NCBI GenBank assembly: GCA_016936175.1
Contig: JAFGPN010000003.1
Span: forward strand, 1-58,777
DNA length: 58,777 nucleotides
Source of the DNA: Patescibacteria group bacterium
Lineage (GTDB): Bacteria > Patescibacteriota > Kazan-3B-28 > UBA10110
Direction: 5' to 3'
Shown here piece by piece: positions 1 through 9,729 of the stretch. The position numbers and the translations under genes were made by a program. The notes under the pieces were generated by a model. It was given only the letters and a program-made list of their open reading frames with translations, was not told the DNA's origin and did not search any database. Every line of letters begins with the position of its first letter. Position 1 is the stretch's first letter.

Positions 1-258
1 CTGGTCATAGGCCTTGTAGGCCATGTTAAAGCTGGTCCCTTCTTTAATAGATAGAGTGGTGGGATCAGTGTAGAGGTAGGTTAGCTTAGGATCTGCATCT
101 GCTCCGTTAACTAAGTTAACCGGCGCAAAACCAGTGCTGGTCGCTACCAAAATACTGCCGAATATAATAACACCGAACTTGCGCCAATTTTTTAGCGCTT
201 TCTTCATTCTGCGGATCCGGTAATAAATACCAAGACCAATCTTACTAAACATACCCAT
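1..258 (-). CDS. 5' part of a secreted/membrane-anchored protein, probably Ig-like; runs off the window edge
   Basis: Own translation: MGMFSKIGLG...KFGVIIFGSILVATSTGFAPVNLVNGADADPKLTYLYTDPTTLSIKEGTSFNMAYKAYDQ. AGGAGGTG SD lies upstream; the frame is open to position 1. Confidence 0.7.
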   Translation of the reverse strand, partial: MGMFSKIGLGIYYRIRRMKKALKNWRKFGVIIFGSILVATSTGFAPVNLVNGADADPKLTYLYTDPTTLSIKEGTSFNMAYKAYDQ

Positions 259-480
259 TTTCACCTCCTAAGTGATAATTTCCTGTCCCCCTCTTCTGGC
301 CGCTTCCCATCTTAACAATAAGCTTGGGGGAAACCTATTGTAAAGAAGAATGAAGCAACCAGAAGAGGAGGCGGGAACGATAGTCAGGGATTACTGCTGT
401 GCAGTAATATGCTATCGCTCCCGCCGATTGGTGGCCTAAGCCACACATCACACATGTACATGTCTAAGCCGTTGATTGTG

Positions 481-2106
481 CTACAGATCCGGGTTGACGT
501 CAACCGCCAAAGTCAGGCTGATGCTGTAGTTGGTACCACCGTGAGTCACGGACAAGGTGACCGGCCAATTGGCCACGGTGATAAAGATGTTGCCTGGGTC
601 GTCGATGTTTGGATGCTCCGGGTTAGCCCAGAATACCGTCATCAGCTCTCCGGTTGTCGCATCCCATACCCAGTCTGGCAATTCGCCAAGAGTGGTCTGG
701 ACTTGCGAAAGCGAGATAGGAACCGTGGTTCCCTGGTCGCCTTGCAACTCCCAATGGTTGGCGATGGCTCTGCCCATGCCCTGCATCACGTGAACGACCT
801 GTCCGTCCGTGAGGGGGCCATCGATGCCAGAGACGAAGAGGGTAAAGGTCTCGTCTTCGGCGACCGGTTCGTTAACCGTAATATTCACCGAAGCTTCGTC
901 CTTGGCACCATCGTCATCGGTTACTCGAACTCGAGCGATGTAGTTGCCGGTGTTCTCGTAATCGTGGCTTACCGTAGAGTCGGTACCCGTCTTATCGAAG
1001 GTCCCATCGTCGTTGAAGTCCCAGGCGTATTCTACGATGCTCCCGTCCGAGTCCGCACTGCCGCTTGCATCGAAGTTAACGGTCAGCGGCACGGTCCCGG
1101 CCAGAGGCGTGCCAGTAAGCACCGCGGTGGGGGCCTCGTTCTGAGGAGGCGGCGGGACGACGATCTTAACGACCACAACCACCGAATCCCAGAGAGTGTA
1201 GCTACCCTCGGTTTCGGGGCACCGGACAACGATGGCCCACCGGTTATGGAACGCCTCCCACTCATGGGAAACGACGGTAAATCCAGCGAGGTCGATCTCA
1301 GGCGGAAAGTCTCCTGGTCCATTCAGCATGTAAACCAGAATCGTGATCTCCTGCCCGGGCTCGTACGGTCCAGCCGGATCCAGCGCCACTCGAACAATCG
1401 TAGGCGCAGGCACAGTAGAGTGCGTGAAGGTATACACTCGCGTCTCGCTAAGCGTCGCACTCACGTTCTTGTCGCCGTTGCCATCCTCAACGGAACAGAC
1501 AACAGCTCCAGCCGCCATTGCAATCGGAATGGGCAAAGGAATGATGACTAGATTGTCATCTCCCTCCCAGTGCACCAGTCCATCTTGCGTAGTGTACTGC
1601 ACGGCACCGCTGTCTATCTCATTGAGACTGAGCCAGATCTGAACTGGGTCGGCGGGCGGCGAGAAGGCGGTCACAGTGATGGACGAATCACGACTCGAAC
1701 CGACCGGGACATTGATTCCACTCACTGTACATTTGCCATCAGCGCCCAAAATCCCAACGCCGTCGTGCGTTATGCTACCGCCCGTATCCCGGACATCGAT
1801 TGGCTGCCACTTCTTGGTCTTCAGATTCCAGTAGGATACTGTCGCTGACGACACGCCCCAGATAATCTGGTCATCCTGAGTCTTCAGCTCCAGGCGGCTA
1901 GGTGGCGTCCACTCGACCGACACTCCGGTAAACAGAGCCGTCGGCTTCTGGGTGGCGAGCTGCTGCTGCCAGGAAGTATCCTGGTTGATGTTGACTTGCG
2001 GTGTGACGATTACGTCACCGGAACCGCCGCCACAAGACGAAACAAGCACTGCGACTGCGGCCAGGAGGGCCCCAGCGCAACGAATAGTATTAGAAAGGTT
2101 TTTCAT
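481..2106 (-). CDS. Lipoprotein with PKD domain
   Basis: Signal peptide with lipobox LVSS-C; PKD pattern (VNFDASGS.D.DG.IVEYAWDF..DG...HDYENTGNYIARVRVTDDDG); SD GGAGGG. Confidence 0.8.
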   Translation of the reverse strand: MKNLSNTIRCAGALLAAVAVLVSSCGGGSGDVIVTPQVNINQDTSWQQQLATQKPTALFTGVSVEWTPPSRLELKTQDDQIIWGVSSATVSYWNLKTKKWQPIDVRDTGGSITHDGVGILGADGKCTVSGINVPVGSSRDSSITVTAFSPPADPVQIWLSLNEIDSGAVQYTTQDGLVHWEGDDNLVIIPLPIPIAMAAGAVVCSVEDGNGDKNVSATLSETRVYTFTHSTVPAPTIVRVALDPAGPYEPGQEITILVYMLNGPGDFPPEIDLAGFTVVSHEWEAFHNRWAIVVRCPETEGSYTLWDSVVVVVKIVVPPPPQNEAPTAVLTGTPLAGTVPLTVNFDASGSADSDGSIVEYAWDFNDDGTFDKTGTDSTVSHDYENTGNYIARVRVTDDDGAKDEASVNITVNEPVAEDETFTLFVSGIDGPLTDGQVVHVMQGMGRAIANHWELQGDQGTTVPISLSQVQTTLGELPDWVWDATTGELMTVFWANPEHPNIDDPGNIFITVANWPVTLSVTHGGTNYSISLTLAVDVNPDL

Positions 2107-2203
2107 AACCTTCCCTCCTTTGTTTTGCTAGGGACCTCCTAGCCGGTTCTCCCTTGCGCTAAGGGAGCCTCGCCTTCGACCTTTTGATTTGGAAGCGAGG
2201 TCT

Positions 2204-2321
2204 GGTTTGCACCCAGCGCTCCGGCGAAGAGCAAGTCACTTCCCAAAAACCCTTGATCCTAAAACCAAAAGAAAAAAATCAGGAGAGCAACCTCTACTCC
2301 ACCAGAGCGCTGGCTACAAAC
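2204..2321 (-). ncRNA. Candidate structured RNA: long hairpin in the leader of the PKD lipoprotein gene
   Basis: 2213-2226 pairs with 2300-2313 and further helices stack on it; the mismatches are G-U wobbles on the minus strand. Confidence 0.45.
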
Positions 2322-2440
2322 TGGCTAGATCCAAAACAAATTCAACGAAACAACCGGACCGCATAACTTGCAGTCTGTTAGTCCCCTCCTTGTTGAATTT
2401 ATTTTTGATTTTTGCCGCCTCGTGTCCAAAACCCCGTCTC

Positions 2441-2841
2441 GTCATTCCCGCGAAGGCGGGAATCTTGAAATTAGGCTTAGACACTCAAGGTGCAAATAAC
2501 ACTCGCAGTCTATACCCTAGGTCGTCTTTCGTCAAGGGTTTTTATTAGTCCCAGAGCCACTTTTGGCAATCTACAGGTATACAGGGGTGCTGTCTGCCCC
2601 GTGTAATCTGACCGCCGAAATTGCGGCTAAGCAATTTCCGGCCAGATCTGTGCGGGGTCAAGCCCTTTTTCCGCCACCAGAGCAGATTTCGCCCTATTCT
2701 GCTTCTTTCTGTCATTCTGAGGTAACACCCAAAGAATCTAGCCCCAATGGGACCCCGTTGGGGCGAAGCGGCCTTATGGCCTAGATCCTGAATAAGTTAT
2801 TTGTAGTAAAGCCTGCGGCAGTAAGGTGTTTTCAGGATGAC
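2441..2841. repeat. Cluster of GTCAT...ATCT REP-like palindromes
   Basis: Units at 2441-2465, 2711-2739 and 2783-2841; the last is closely similar to 46921-46978. Confidence 0.8.
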
Positions 2842-2877
2842 GAGGGAAGGAAGTAGTCGGTCGACACCTAAAAACTA

Positions 2878-2906
2878 TTGACTAATTAATCAATATATGG
2901 TATAAT
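2878..2906 (+). promoter_or_regulatory. Sigma70-type promoter facing the 3' end of the NUDIX gene
   Basis: TTGACT-17 bp-TATAAT. Confidence 0.55.
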
Positions 2907-2921
2907 GGTAAACAAATCAGA

Positions 2922-3401
2922 TTAGGCGGACACGACCTCGCGAACTTCGGCTTCTATTATGTGGTCACTGTTATCGAAGGTGAACTCCCCCTCAAACTCC
3001 TTCCCAGCCAGGAAATAGGGCATCCAATAGCGATCGCTCTCCCACATCTCGTCAAACGGCATCTCGGAGATCTTAAACCTTTGTGGCCGCATCTCTTCGC
3101 TCTCCATCAGTGCCTCGGGAAAATCGGTAGTTTTAAACAGATGCATCTCCACCAACTCGGGCATGTCTCCGTTTTGAAACAATAGTACGCCTAATTTTTC
3201 TAACTGGTTTACCCGACAGCCCGACTCCTCTTCCATCTCACGAACAGCCGCTTGTTCAATAGTCTCCCCAGTTTTTACCTTTCCACCAAACCCGTTCCAT
3301 CTCCCCGCGCCGAACCCTTTTTTCTTCATTCCTAACCACACCTCGTCATTTCGATGCGGAATGCATAGCGTCATAATTTTTCTCGGCCTATCCTTATCCA
3401 C
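2922..3401 (-). CDS. NUDIX hydrolase, MTH1/NUDT1-like 8-oxo-dGTPase
   Basis: WNGFGGKV..GE..EQAAVREMEEESG Nudix box; MWESDRYW as in the NUDT1 family. Confidence 0.85.
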   Translation of the reverse strand: MDKDRPRKIMTLCIPHRNDEVWLGMKKKGFGAGRWNGFGGKVKTGETIEQAAVREMEEESGCRVNQLEKLGVLLFQNGDMPELVEMHLFKTTDFPEALMESEEMRPQRFKISEMPFDEMWESDRYWMPYFLAGKEFEGEFTFDNSDHIIEAEVREVVSA

Positions 3402-3405
3402 AAGA

Positions 3406-3669
3406 TTACTTTTTAATCCGAAATACTTTTATCCAGATGTTTTTAAATAACGGCAGGCTTAATGTGGAGATCACAAATGCTACCGCCGGCACAATGGCGT
3501 TCAGCCACGGCCGAGGCAGTTCGATAGCCCACATGTATATACCGATGGCTAAATAAGTTAAGACCACTAGCACTATCCGGCGAGCCCAGCTAATCTCCCA
3601 GGCTTTATCAATCTCAACACCGCGATTTCTATCTTCAATTGTTTTAACTCGCTGCTCTAAACCATCCAT
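3406..3669 (-). CDS. Small membrane protein (hypothetical)
   Basis: Two hydrophobic segments; ATG 2 nt after the secA stop. Confidence 0.7.
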   Translation of the reverse strand: MDGLEQRVKTIEDRNRGVEIDKAWEISWARRIVLVVLTYLAIGIYMWAIELPRPWLNAIVPAVAFVISTLSLPLFKNIWIKVFRIKK

Positions 3670-3671
3670 AA

Positions 3672-6461
3672 TTATGCTCCATGACATTTCTTATACTTTT
3701 TTCCGCTGCCGCATGGACAGGGATCATTGCGGCCAATCTTGGCTTTTTTATCATTAGGATCTCGCACCGCGCTCCCTCTGCTGTCACCCTGAACTGACGA
3801 CGGTTTCCTTGCGTCGTCATCCTGGCTTGCCTGCCCGCCCGTAGCCTTGGCGTAGGAGGGTCCAGGATCGTAAGATTCTGGAGTCTTCTGCTGTCCAACA
3901 GAATCCCCAGAATGACGGGGTTGGGGATCAGAATGACGCTCGGGGGGCATTTCTTTTTTCTCGTCTTCAAAATCTCCCGCCGGTTCCGCGCCACCTTGTA
4001 AACTATAATCCGCGTCCGGCGTAGTTCTGCCATCCGGCAGAACGGAGCCTGGGCTATCGGCTCCCTTCATTGCTAGGTTTTTCTTCTCCGCCATCTCTCG
4101 ACTCTCCGGTGTCTGCCTTTGCGCCTCAACTCGTACCTTAAATATCATGTGGGTAACATCCGAGGCGATGGTTCTGAGCAACCGCTGGAACATGGTATAT
4201 GATTCTTGTTTGTATTCTGCTAACGGGTCCTTTTGGGCATAACCCTGCAGATTAATGCACTCGCGCATTCGCACCATTGCATCGAGATGTTCTACCCACA
4301 AAACATCTACCACCCGCAAGTAAACGGCCTTTTCCACCTGCCGCCAAGTTTCTACCCCAGATGATTGTTCGCGCTCTTCGTATAGTTTTTGGGCGCGCTT
4401 GAGCAGCAGATCGATAATCACCTGTGTGTTCTTGGCATCCTCGATCTCTAACTTAGTTGATTCGCCCAAGTCGAAGATGGTGTTGATTCCTTCGATAACT
4501 TCTTTAATATTCCACTGCTTTTTATCGTCAGTGCAGTGAAAGTTAACTAAACCCTCTATCTCGGACTTGATATCTTCCCAAATTTCATCTTTAAGACTTT
4601 CTTTTAATAAACTATCGCGCCGCTTGGCGTAGATGACGGTGCGTTGGCGGTTCATTACATCGTCGTACTGAACTACGTGTTTGCGGATATCAAAGTTATG
4701 GCCCTCGACCTTTTTCTGCGCCGCCTCGATACTATTGCTGATCATTTTATGCTCTAACGGCTGATCTTCGGGGATGCGCATCGTCTTCATCATGTTTTTT
4801 ATCCGCTCGCTCCCAAACAACCGCATCAGCTCATCTTCCATCGAGACAAAGAACTGCGAAGAGCCCGGATCGCCCTGTCGCCCAGACCGGCCGCGTAACT
4901 GATTGTCGATTCGGCGAGATTCGTGCCGCTCGGTGCCTAAAATATGCAAACCGCCCACCTCGATTACACCTTCGCCCAATTTAATATCGGTACCACGACC
5001 AGCCATGTTGGTGGCGATAGTAACCGCATTTTTTTGGCCTGCATCTTTAATAATCTCGGCTTCCCGTTCGTGGTTCTTGGCGTTTAACACATTGTGTTTA
5101 ACACCCTCTGTCATCAACATGTCCGAAAGTAACTCGGATTTTTCGATAGCGATAGTGCCAACCAAGATTGGCTGACCCTTGGCGTGCCGCTCTTTGATCT
5201 CCCGAACCACCGCTCCAAATTTAGCCGCCTCGCTAATAAACACCAGATCGTTTAAATCTTTGCGAACCATCGGCCGATTGGTCGGGACTACCACCACTTC
5301 GAGGCCATAGATCTTGTAGAATTCTTCCTCTTCGGTCTTGGCGGTACCCGTCATTCCAGCTAATTTGTTATAGAGGCGAAAATAGTTCTGGAAGGTAATG
5401 GTAGCCATCGTTCGGCTCTCTTGTTTTACCTCAACTGCTTCTTTGGCTTCGATTGCTTGATGCAGACCTTCGGAGTAACGCCTACCCACCATTAATCGGC
5501 CGGTAAATTCATCAACAATAATTACTTCACCATCTTTGACCACATAATCGACATCCTTTTTATATAGCGAGTGGGCTCTTAAGGCCTGTTCAATATGATG
5601 CGCCATCGTTACATCCCCGCCTTCGTAAAAACCTTTGATACCCATTAGCTGTTCTACCTTGGTGATGCCCTCGTCCGTCAGAATGGCTGTCCGCATTTTT
5701 TCGTCGATGTTGTAATCGACATTCGGAGTTAACGACGGCACAATTCGAGAAAACTTTCTGTACCATTCGGTCGAATCCTCGTCCGGCGCCGAGATAATTA
5801 ATGGAGTTCTGGCTTCATCGATTAAAATCGAGTCGACCTCATCTACAATGGCAAAATTAAGTTCGCGCTGAACCAGATCTTCTGGCCGAGTGGCCATGTT
5901 ATCTCTAAGATAGTCGAAACCAAATTCGTTATTAGTGCCGTAAATCACATCCGAGGCATACACCGCTCGGCGCTCGTGTTGTGGAGTATCGTGAGTAATG
6001 GCACCGACAGTTAGACCCAAAAATTGATAGATTTGGCCCATCCATTCTGCATCTCGTTTGGCCAGGTAGTCGTTAACCGTAACTACATGCACCCCTTTGC
6101 CGGTTAGCGCATTAAGATAAACCGGCAGAGTAGCGGCCAAGGTTTTACCCTCACCAGTGCGCATCTCGGAGATCTTACCTTGGTGCAGAACGATGCCCCC
6201 CATTAACTGAGTATCAAAAGCTCGCTCACCTAATACACGGTGAGCCGCCTCTCTGGTTACTGCAAACGCTTCTGGCAGTAGCTCGTCTAATGTTTCCCCC
6301 TTAGCCAATCTCTCCTTAAATTCCGTGGTTTTAGACTTTAGCTCATCATCGGATAACGATTTAATCTTATCCTCAAATGAATTAATTAGGGTCACGATTG
6401 GACCCAGTTGGTTTACCGCCTTTTTGTTTGGATCCCCCAGTAGCTTGTCTAACCAGCTCAT
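3672..6461 (-). CDS. secA: Preprotein translocase SecA
   Basis: MRTGEGKT, DEVDSILIDEARTPLIIS, C-terminal CPCGSGKKYKKCH; start taken at MSWLDK. Confidence 0.98.
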   Translation of the reverse strand: MSWLDKLLGDPNKKAVNQLGPIVTLINSFEDKIKSLSDDELKSKTTEFKERLAKGETLDELLPEAFAVTREAAHRVLGERAFDTQLMGGIVLHQGKISEMRTGEGKTLAATLPVYLNALTGKGVHVVTVNDYLAKRDAEWMGQIYQFLGLTVGAITHDTPQHERRAVYASDVIYGTNNEFGFDYLRDNMATRPEDLVQRELNFAIVDEVDSILIDEARTPLIISAPDEDSTEWYRKFSRIVPSLTPNVDYNIDEKMRTAILTDEGITKVEQLMGIKGFYEGGDVTMAHHIEQALRAHSLYKKDVDYVVKDGEVIIVDEFTGRLMVGRRYSEGLHQAIEAKEAVEVKQESRTMATITFQNYFRLYNKLAGMTGTAKTEEEEFYKIYGLEVVVVPTNRPMVRKDLNDLVFISEAAKFGAVVREIKERHAKGQPILVGTIAIEKSELLSDMLMTEGVKHNVLNAKNHEREAEIIKDAGQKNAVTIATNMAGRGTDIKLGEGVIEVGGLHILGTERHESRRIDNQLRGRSGRQGDPGSSQFFVSMEDELMRLFGSERIKNMMKTMRIPEDQPLEHKMISNSIEAAQKKVEGHNFDIRKHVVQYDDVMNRQRTVIYAKRRDSLLKESLKDEIWEDIKSEIEGLVNFHCTDDKKQWNIKEVIEGINTIFDLGESTKLEIEDAKNTQVIIDLLLKRAQKLYEEREQSSGVETWRQVEKAVYLRVVDVLWVEHLDAMVRMRECINLQGYAQKDPLAEYKQESYTMFQRLLRTIASDVTHMIFKVRVEAQRQTPESREMAEKKNLAMKGADSPGSVLPDGRTTPDADYSLQGGAEPAGDFEDEKKEMPPERHSDPQPRHSGDSVGQQKTPESYDPGPSYAKATGGQASQDDDARKPSSVQGDSRGSAVRDPNDKKAKIGRNDPCPCGSGKKYKKCHGA
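3816..3937. repeat. REP doublet translated in frame within the SecA C-terminal linker
   Basis: GTCATCCTGG...CCAGGATC plus GATTCTGG...CCAGAATGAC; the first unit is near-identical to 40225-40275. Confidence 0.8.
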
Positions 6462-6475
6462 ATCTTTTTTTATTG

Positions 6476-6580
6476 TCATCCCGAGCTCCAACCCGTGTCA
6501 TCCTGGCTTGCCATGTCTCGAGCTTGTCGAGAGGTCCAGGATCATACGATTCTGGAATCGCTACGCTCCCCAGAATGACG
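6476..6580. repeat. REP doublet between serS and secA
   Basis: GTCATCCTGG...CCAGGATC / GATTCTGG...CCAGAATGAC with an internal TCTCGAGCTTGTCGAGA palindrome, also present at about 9740-9760. Confidence 0.8.
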
Positions 6581-6608
6581 AGAGAGAAGCGTTCAGCATG
6601 GCATTATA

Positions 6609-7823
6609 CTATTTAGCCTTGATTTCTTTAAAACCGCAGTAGGGCTGTAATGCCCTGGGAATCCTTATACTACCATCTTTTTGCTGATGATTCTCGAGGA
6701 GAGCCACCAGTATCCGCCCGATAGCTATGGCCGTGCCATTAAGGGTATGAACATATTCATTTTTATCCCTCAGGTTCTTGAATCGGATATGCGCCCGATC
6801 GGCCTGCCAATCGGTACAGTTAGAACAGGAATGCGTTTCTCGATAACGACGTTGAGATGGGATCCAGCTTTCTAAATCGATGGTTTTGGCAGATGCCATG
6901 CTTAGATCGCCTGCCGCTAACAACATCTTGCGATATGGGATCTCTAGCTTTTTTAAGATCTCTTCTTCGATCGCTACCATCAGCCGGTGCTCTCCTTCTG
7001 ATTCTTCCGGCGCTACAAAAGAAAACATCTCTATCTTATCGAACTGATGCGTCCTAATAATTCCTTTAACGTCTTTGCCGTAACTGCCGGCCTCTCTCCT
7101 AAAACAAGTCGAGAAGCTGGCATATCGCTGGGGCACCTCGATGATCTCGTCTAAGTGATACGCCAACATGCTCTGCTCCGAGGTACCAATTAGATATAAC
7201 CCGTCTTGAGTCTTATATACCTCGTCCCTGGCCTTACCTAAGTATCCCCCCGCCATCATCGCTTTTTCGGAAAGTAACTGCGGTCCTAGTAAAAACCGAA
7301 AGCCCTTATCGTGCAGGATCTTTCCAACAAAGTTGATCAAAGCAAACTCTAATTCGACCGCCTGATTTTTAAGATAGTAAAAGCGCGATCCCGCCACTTT
7401 TGCCCCGCGCTCTACATCCAGAATATCTAAAGCGGTGCCCAGTTCGATATGGTCTTTAGGTTCTTTTATCTTTGGTAGTTTACCCACCGGCTTACCGAGT
7501 GGCTTGGCATCGTCCTCTCCGCCAGCATGTACTTCTGATAACGGCACATTCGGTACCTCCCCTTCCAGGTCAAACTGTCTTTGTTGGAGAGGCCGCAGTT
7601 TGGCGATCAATTTTTCGCTTTCCTTTTTAAGCTTGGCGCCGGTTTTGATATCGCGATTTTTTGCCGCAATGTTTTTCTGCTCGTTCAGCTTACCCAGCTC
7701 TTGCAATAGGATGCTCACCTGCTTATCTAATCGGATCAATTCATCGATATCTACCTTTGCTCCGCGCTTTTTCATCGCGGCACGCAACTTTTCTGGCTCT
7801 AATCTTAAATAGTGTAATAGCAT
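6609..7823 (-). CDS. serS: Seryl-tRNA synthetase
   Basis: LIGTSE, FRREAGSYGKD..GIIRTHQFDKIEMF, HTLNGTAIA. Confidence 0.97.
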   Translation of the reverse strand: MLLHYLRLEPEKLRAAMKKRGAKVDIDELIRLDKQVSILLQELGKLNEQKNIAAKNRDIKTGAKLKKESEKLIAKLRPLQQRQFDLEGEVPNVPLSEVHAGGEDDAKPLGKPVGKLPKIKEPKDHIELGTALDILDVERGAKVAGSRFYYLKNQAVELEFALINFVGKILHDKGFRFLLGPQLLSEKAMMAGGYLGKARDEVYKTQDGLYLIGTSEQSMLAYHLDEIIEVPQRYASFSTCFRREAGSYGKDVKGIIRTHQFDKIEMFSFVAPEESEGEHRLMVAIEEEILKKLEIPYRKMLLAAGDLSMASAKTIDLESWIPSQRRYRETHSCSNCTDWQADRAHIRFKNLRDKNEYVHTLNGTAIAIGRILVALLENHQQKDGSIRIPRALQPYCGFKEIKAK

Positions 7824-7835
7824 TTATTTATCTTT

Positions 7836-7957
7836 ATCCCGTTAGAGATAGGCAACCTAGCGTTACCCTTGGGCTGTTAGTGATATAAACATGCGGTTTA
7901 TCATTTAAATTGATTGATGTTCGAATGTGGTTGCCGTTAGGTGATCTCTAACGGGAT
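7836..7957. mobile_element. 122-bp cassette with 14-bp perfect terminal inverted repeats ATCCCGTTAGAGAT
   Basis: Arms at 7836-7849 and 7944-7957; the lysS TAG stop lies inside the right arm. Confidence 0.65.
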
Positions 7958-9417
7958 TTTACAAATGGGAATAAAACTGCTTCGCGGATTGAATCGGCAT
8001 TGGTTAAGAGCGCTACCAATCTATCAATACCCATCCCCCACCCTGCTGTCGGTGGCATACCGTATTCCAATGCTTTTACAAAATCACTATCCATTGAGTG
8101 GGCCTCTTTGTCACCGGCTTTTTTCTGCCGAGCTTGCTCGCGGAATCTTTCCGCTTGATCAATAGGATCGTTTAACTCGGAAAAGGCGTTGACCAACTCC
8201 ATCCCCATCACCACTAACTGGAACCGTTGCACTTTAGTCTGATCACCCTCTTTTTGCTTAGCTAAGGGTGAAAGATCTAACGGATGATCGACCAAAAACA
8301 TCGGATTTACAAGTTTGGGACGAACTTTTTCTTTATACAGCTCGTCGATTAGCTTGCCCCTACCAGCACAGCCTGCAAAGGTTAAGTGAATCTTTTTGGC
8401 TCTTATAGCCGCCTGTAATTTTTCGGCCGTTAAATGTTTATCAATATCGATACCGGTTTCTTTTAAGATTAACTCGCGAAAACTTTTAACTGGCCACGGC
8501 GTTTTAAAATCTATGGTCTTATCGCCAAACTTTACTTTAGTCGTGCCCAAAACCTTTTTAATTACTCCACTCAACATCTTTTCGGTTAACTTCATCAGCT
8601 CACGATAGTCCGCGTATGCCTGATAAAACTCCAACATTGTAAAATCTTGCAGATGCTGAGTAGAGACGCCTTCGTTTCTAAATACGCGCGCAAATTCGAA
8701 TACGCGCTCAAATCCACCCACAATTAAGCGTTTTAGATAAAGCTCGGGCGCTATCCTAAGATAAACATCAGCCCCTACCGCCTCGTAGCGAGTCTTAAAG
8801 GGGGTGGCCAGAGCCCCACCCGGCATCGGTTGCAACGCCGGCGTGTCTACCTCAATATAGCCCTGCTCCAACAAGAATTCGCGGATGGCCTGAACTAAGT
8901 GATGGCGGATCAAAAACCGCTCTTTAACCGCGGGATTAAAGATTAAATCTAAATAACGCTGGCGGAATCTGGTCTCCTGATCGGTTAAGCCGTGCCATTT
9001 CTCCGGCAGTGGCCTTAATGATTTAGCCAGCAATACCAGTTTTCTAACCAATAGGGTTTTCTCGCCTTTTTTGGTAAGCGTTGCTATCCCCGTTACCTGA
9101 ACGATATCCCCCACATCAATCAGCTCTAAATCGGCATAGGCCTTGGCGCCGATATCATCTTTTTTAAACATGATTTGAACATCGCCGTGTCCATCTTTGA
9201 TCAAGCCAAAAGTCAGCCCGCCAAACTCTCGTTTGGCCATCAATCGACCAGCCAAGATAACGGATTTATGGCTTCGTTTTAAAGCATTAAACCGTTCGAC
9301 AAAGCCCAACACCGGCAACGTGCGATCGGTAGTCGAAGGATACGGGTTAACCCCTTTATCCCTCAATCTTCGTAGCTTATCCTTTCGGACAGCGATAATC
9401 TGATCTAAGCTCTCCAT
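7948..9417 (-). CDS. lysS: Lysyl-tRNA synthetase, class II
   Basis: YLRIAPELYLKRL, FRNEG, YGMPPTAGWGMGIDRL. Confidence 0.98.
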   Translation of the reverse strand: MESLDQIIAVRKDKLRRLRDKGVNPYPSTTDRTLPVLGFVERFNALKRSHKSVILAGRLMAKREFGGLTFGLIKDGHGDVQIMFKKDDIGAKAYADLELIDVGDIVQVTGIATLTKKGEKTLLVRKLVLLAKSLRPLPEKWHGLTDQETRFRQRYLDLIFNPAVKERFLIRHHLVQAIREFLLEQGYIEVDTPALQPMPGGALATPFKTRYEAVGADVYLRIAPELYLKRLIVGGFERVFEFARVFRNEGVSTQHLQDFTMLEFYQAYADYRELMKLTEKMLSGVIKKVLGTTKVKFGDKTIDFKTPWPVKSFRELILKETGIDIDKHLTAEKLQAAIRAKKIHLTFAGCAGRGKLIDELYKEKVRPKLVNPMFLVDHPLDLSPLAKQKEGDQTKVQRFQLVVMGMELVNAFSELNDPIDQAERFREQARQKKAGDKEAHSMDSDFVKALEYGMPPTAGWGMGIDRLVALLTNADSIREAVLFPFVKSR

Positions 9418-9454
9418 AACCCCTCAATTATATCAGAGGTATGTAGATTTCATG

Positions 9455-9710
9455 CCCTTGCCGAGCCAAGCGTGAGCCGGCTTCTTCTCCCCCGCCATCG
9501 GAGGAGCCAAGCCCCATCCCCATTGAGCCAATTATGTCAGCCAATGGTAAAACTACCGCTAGGGCGCGATCGTTGTTTGAGGCCAGCTCCACAGGGAGAT
9601 GGCCGAGTTCGATCAATATAAGCCCAGTAAGGTAGTTTTGCCTTTTGGGTAATAATTGGCGATTGGGAAGCGACTTTGGTTACTTTCCTCAAGCGGAAAG
9701 TAACAATTAA
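9455..9710 (-). repeat. ~250-bp structured repeat, copy A
   Basis: Shares CCCCGCCATCGGAGGAG, GTTGTTTGA-hairpin-GAGTTC and TTTGGTTACTTT..AAAGTAAC blocks with copies at 17728, 19393 and 58617. Confidence 0.75.
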
Positions 9711-9729
9711 ATTAAGAAGGGATGTTGTA

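Noticed and set aside
290-368. 10-bp inverted repeat CCTCTTCTGG/CCAGAAGAGG between the two secreted-protein genes
   Set aside because: A plausible terminator or operator, but it is single-copy with no U-tract and too little support to call.
409-1551. 380-aa plus-strand ORF, and the many shorter antisense ORFs over housekeeping genes
   Set aside because: They lie opposite well-supported genes and have no motifs; they are shadow frames from codon bias.
2150-2215. c-di-GMP-I riboswitch suggested by GCAAACC
   Set aside because: There is no GNRA/receptor architecture, and the segment is used in the long hairpin.
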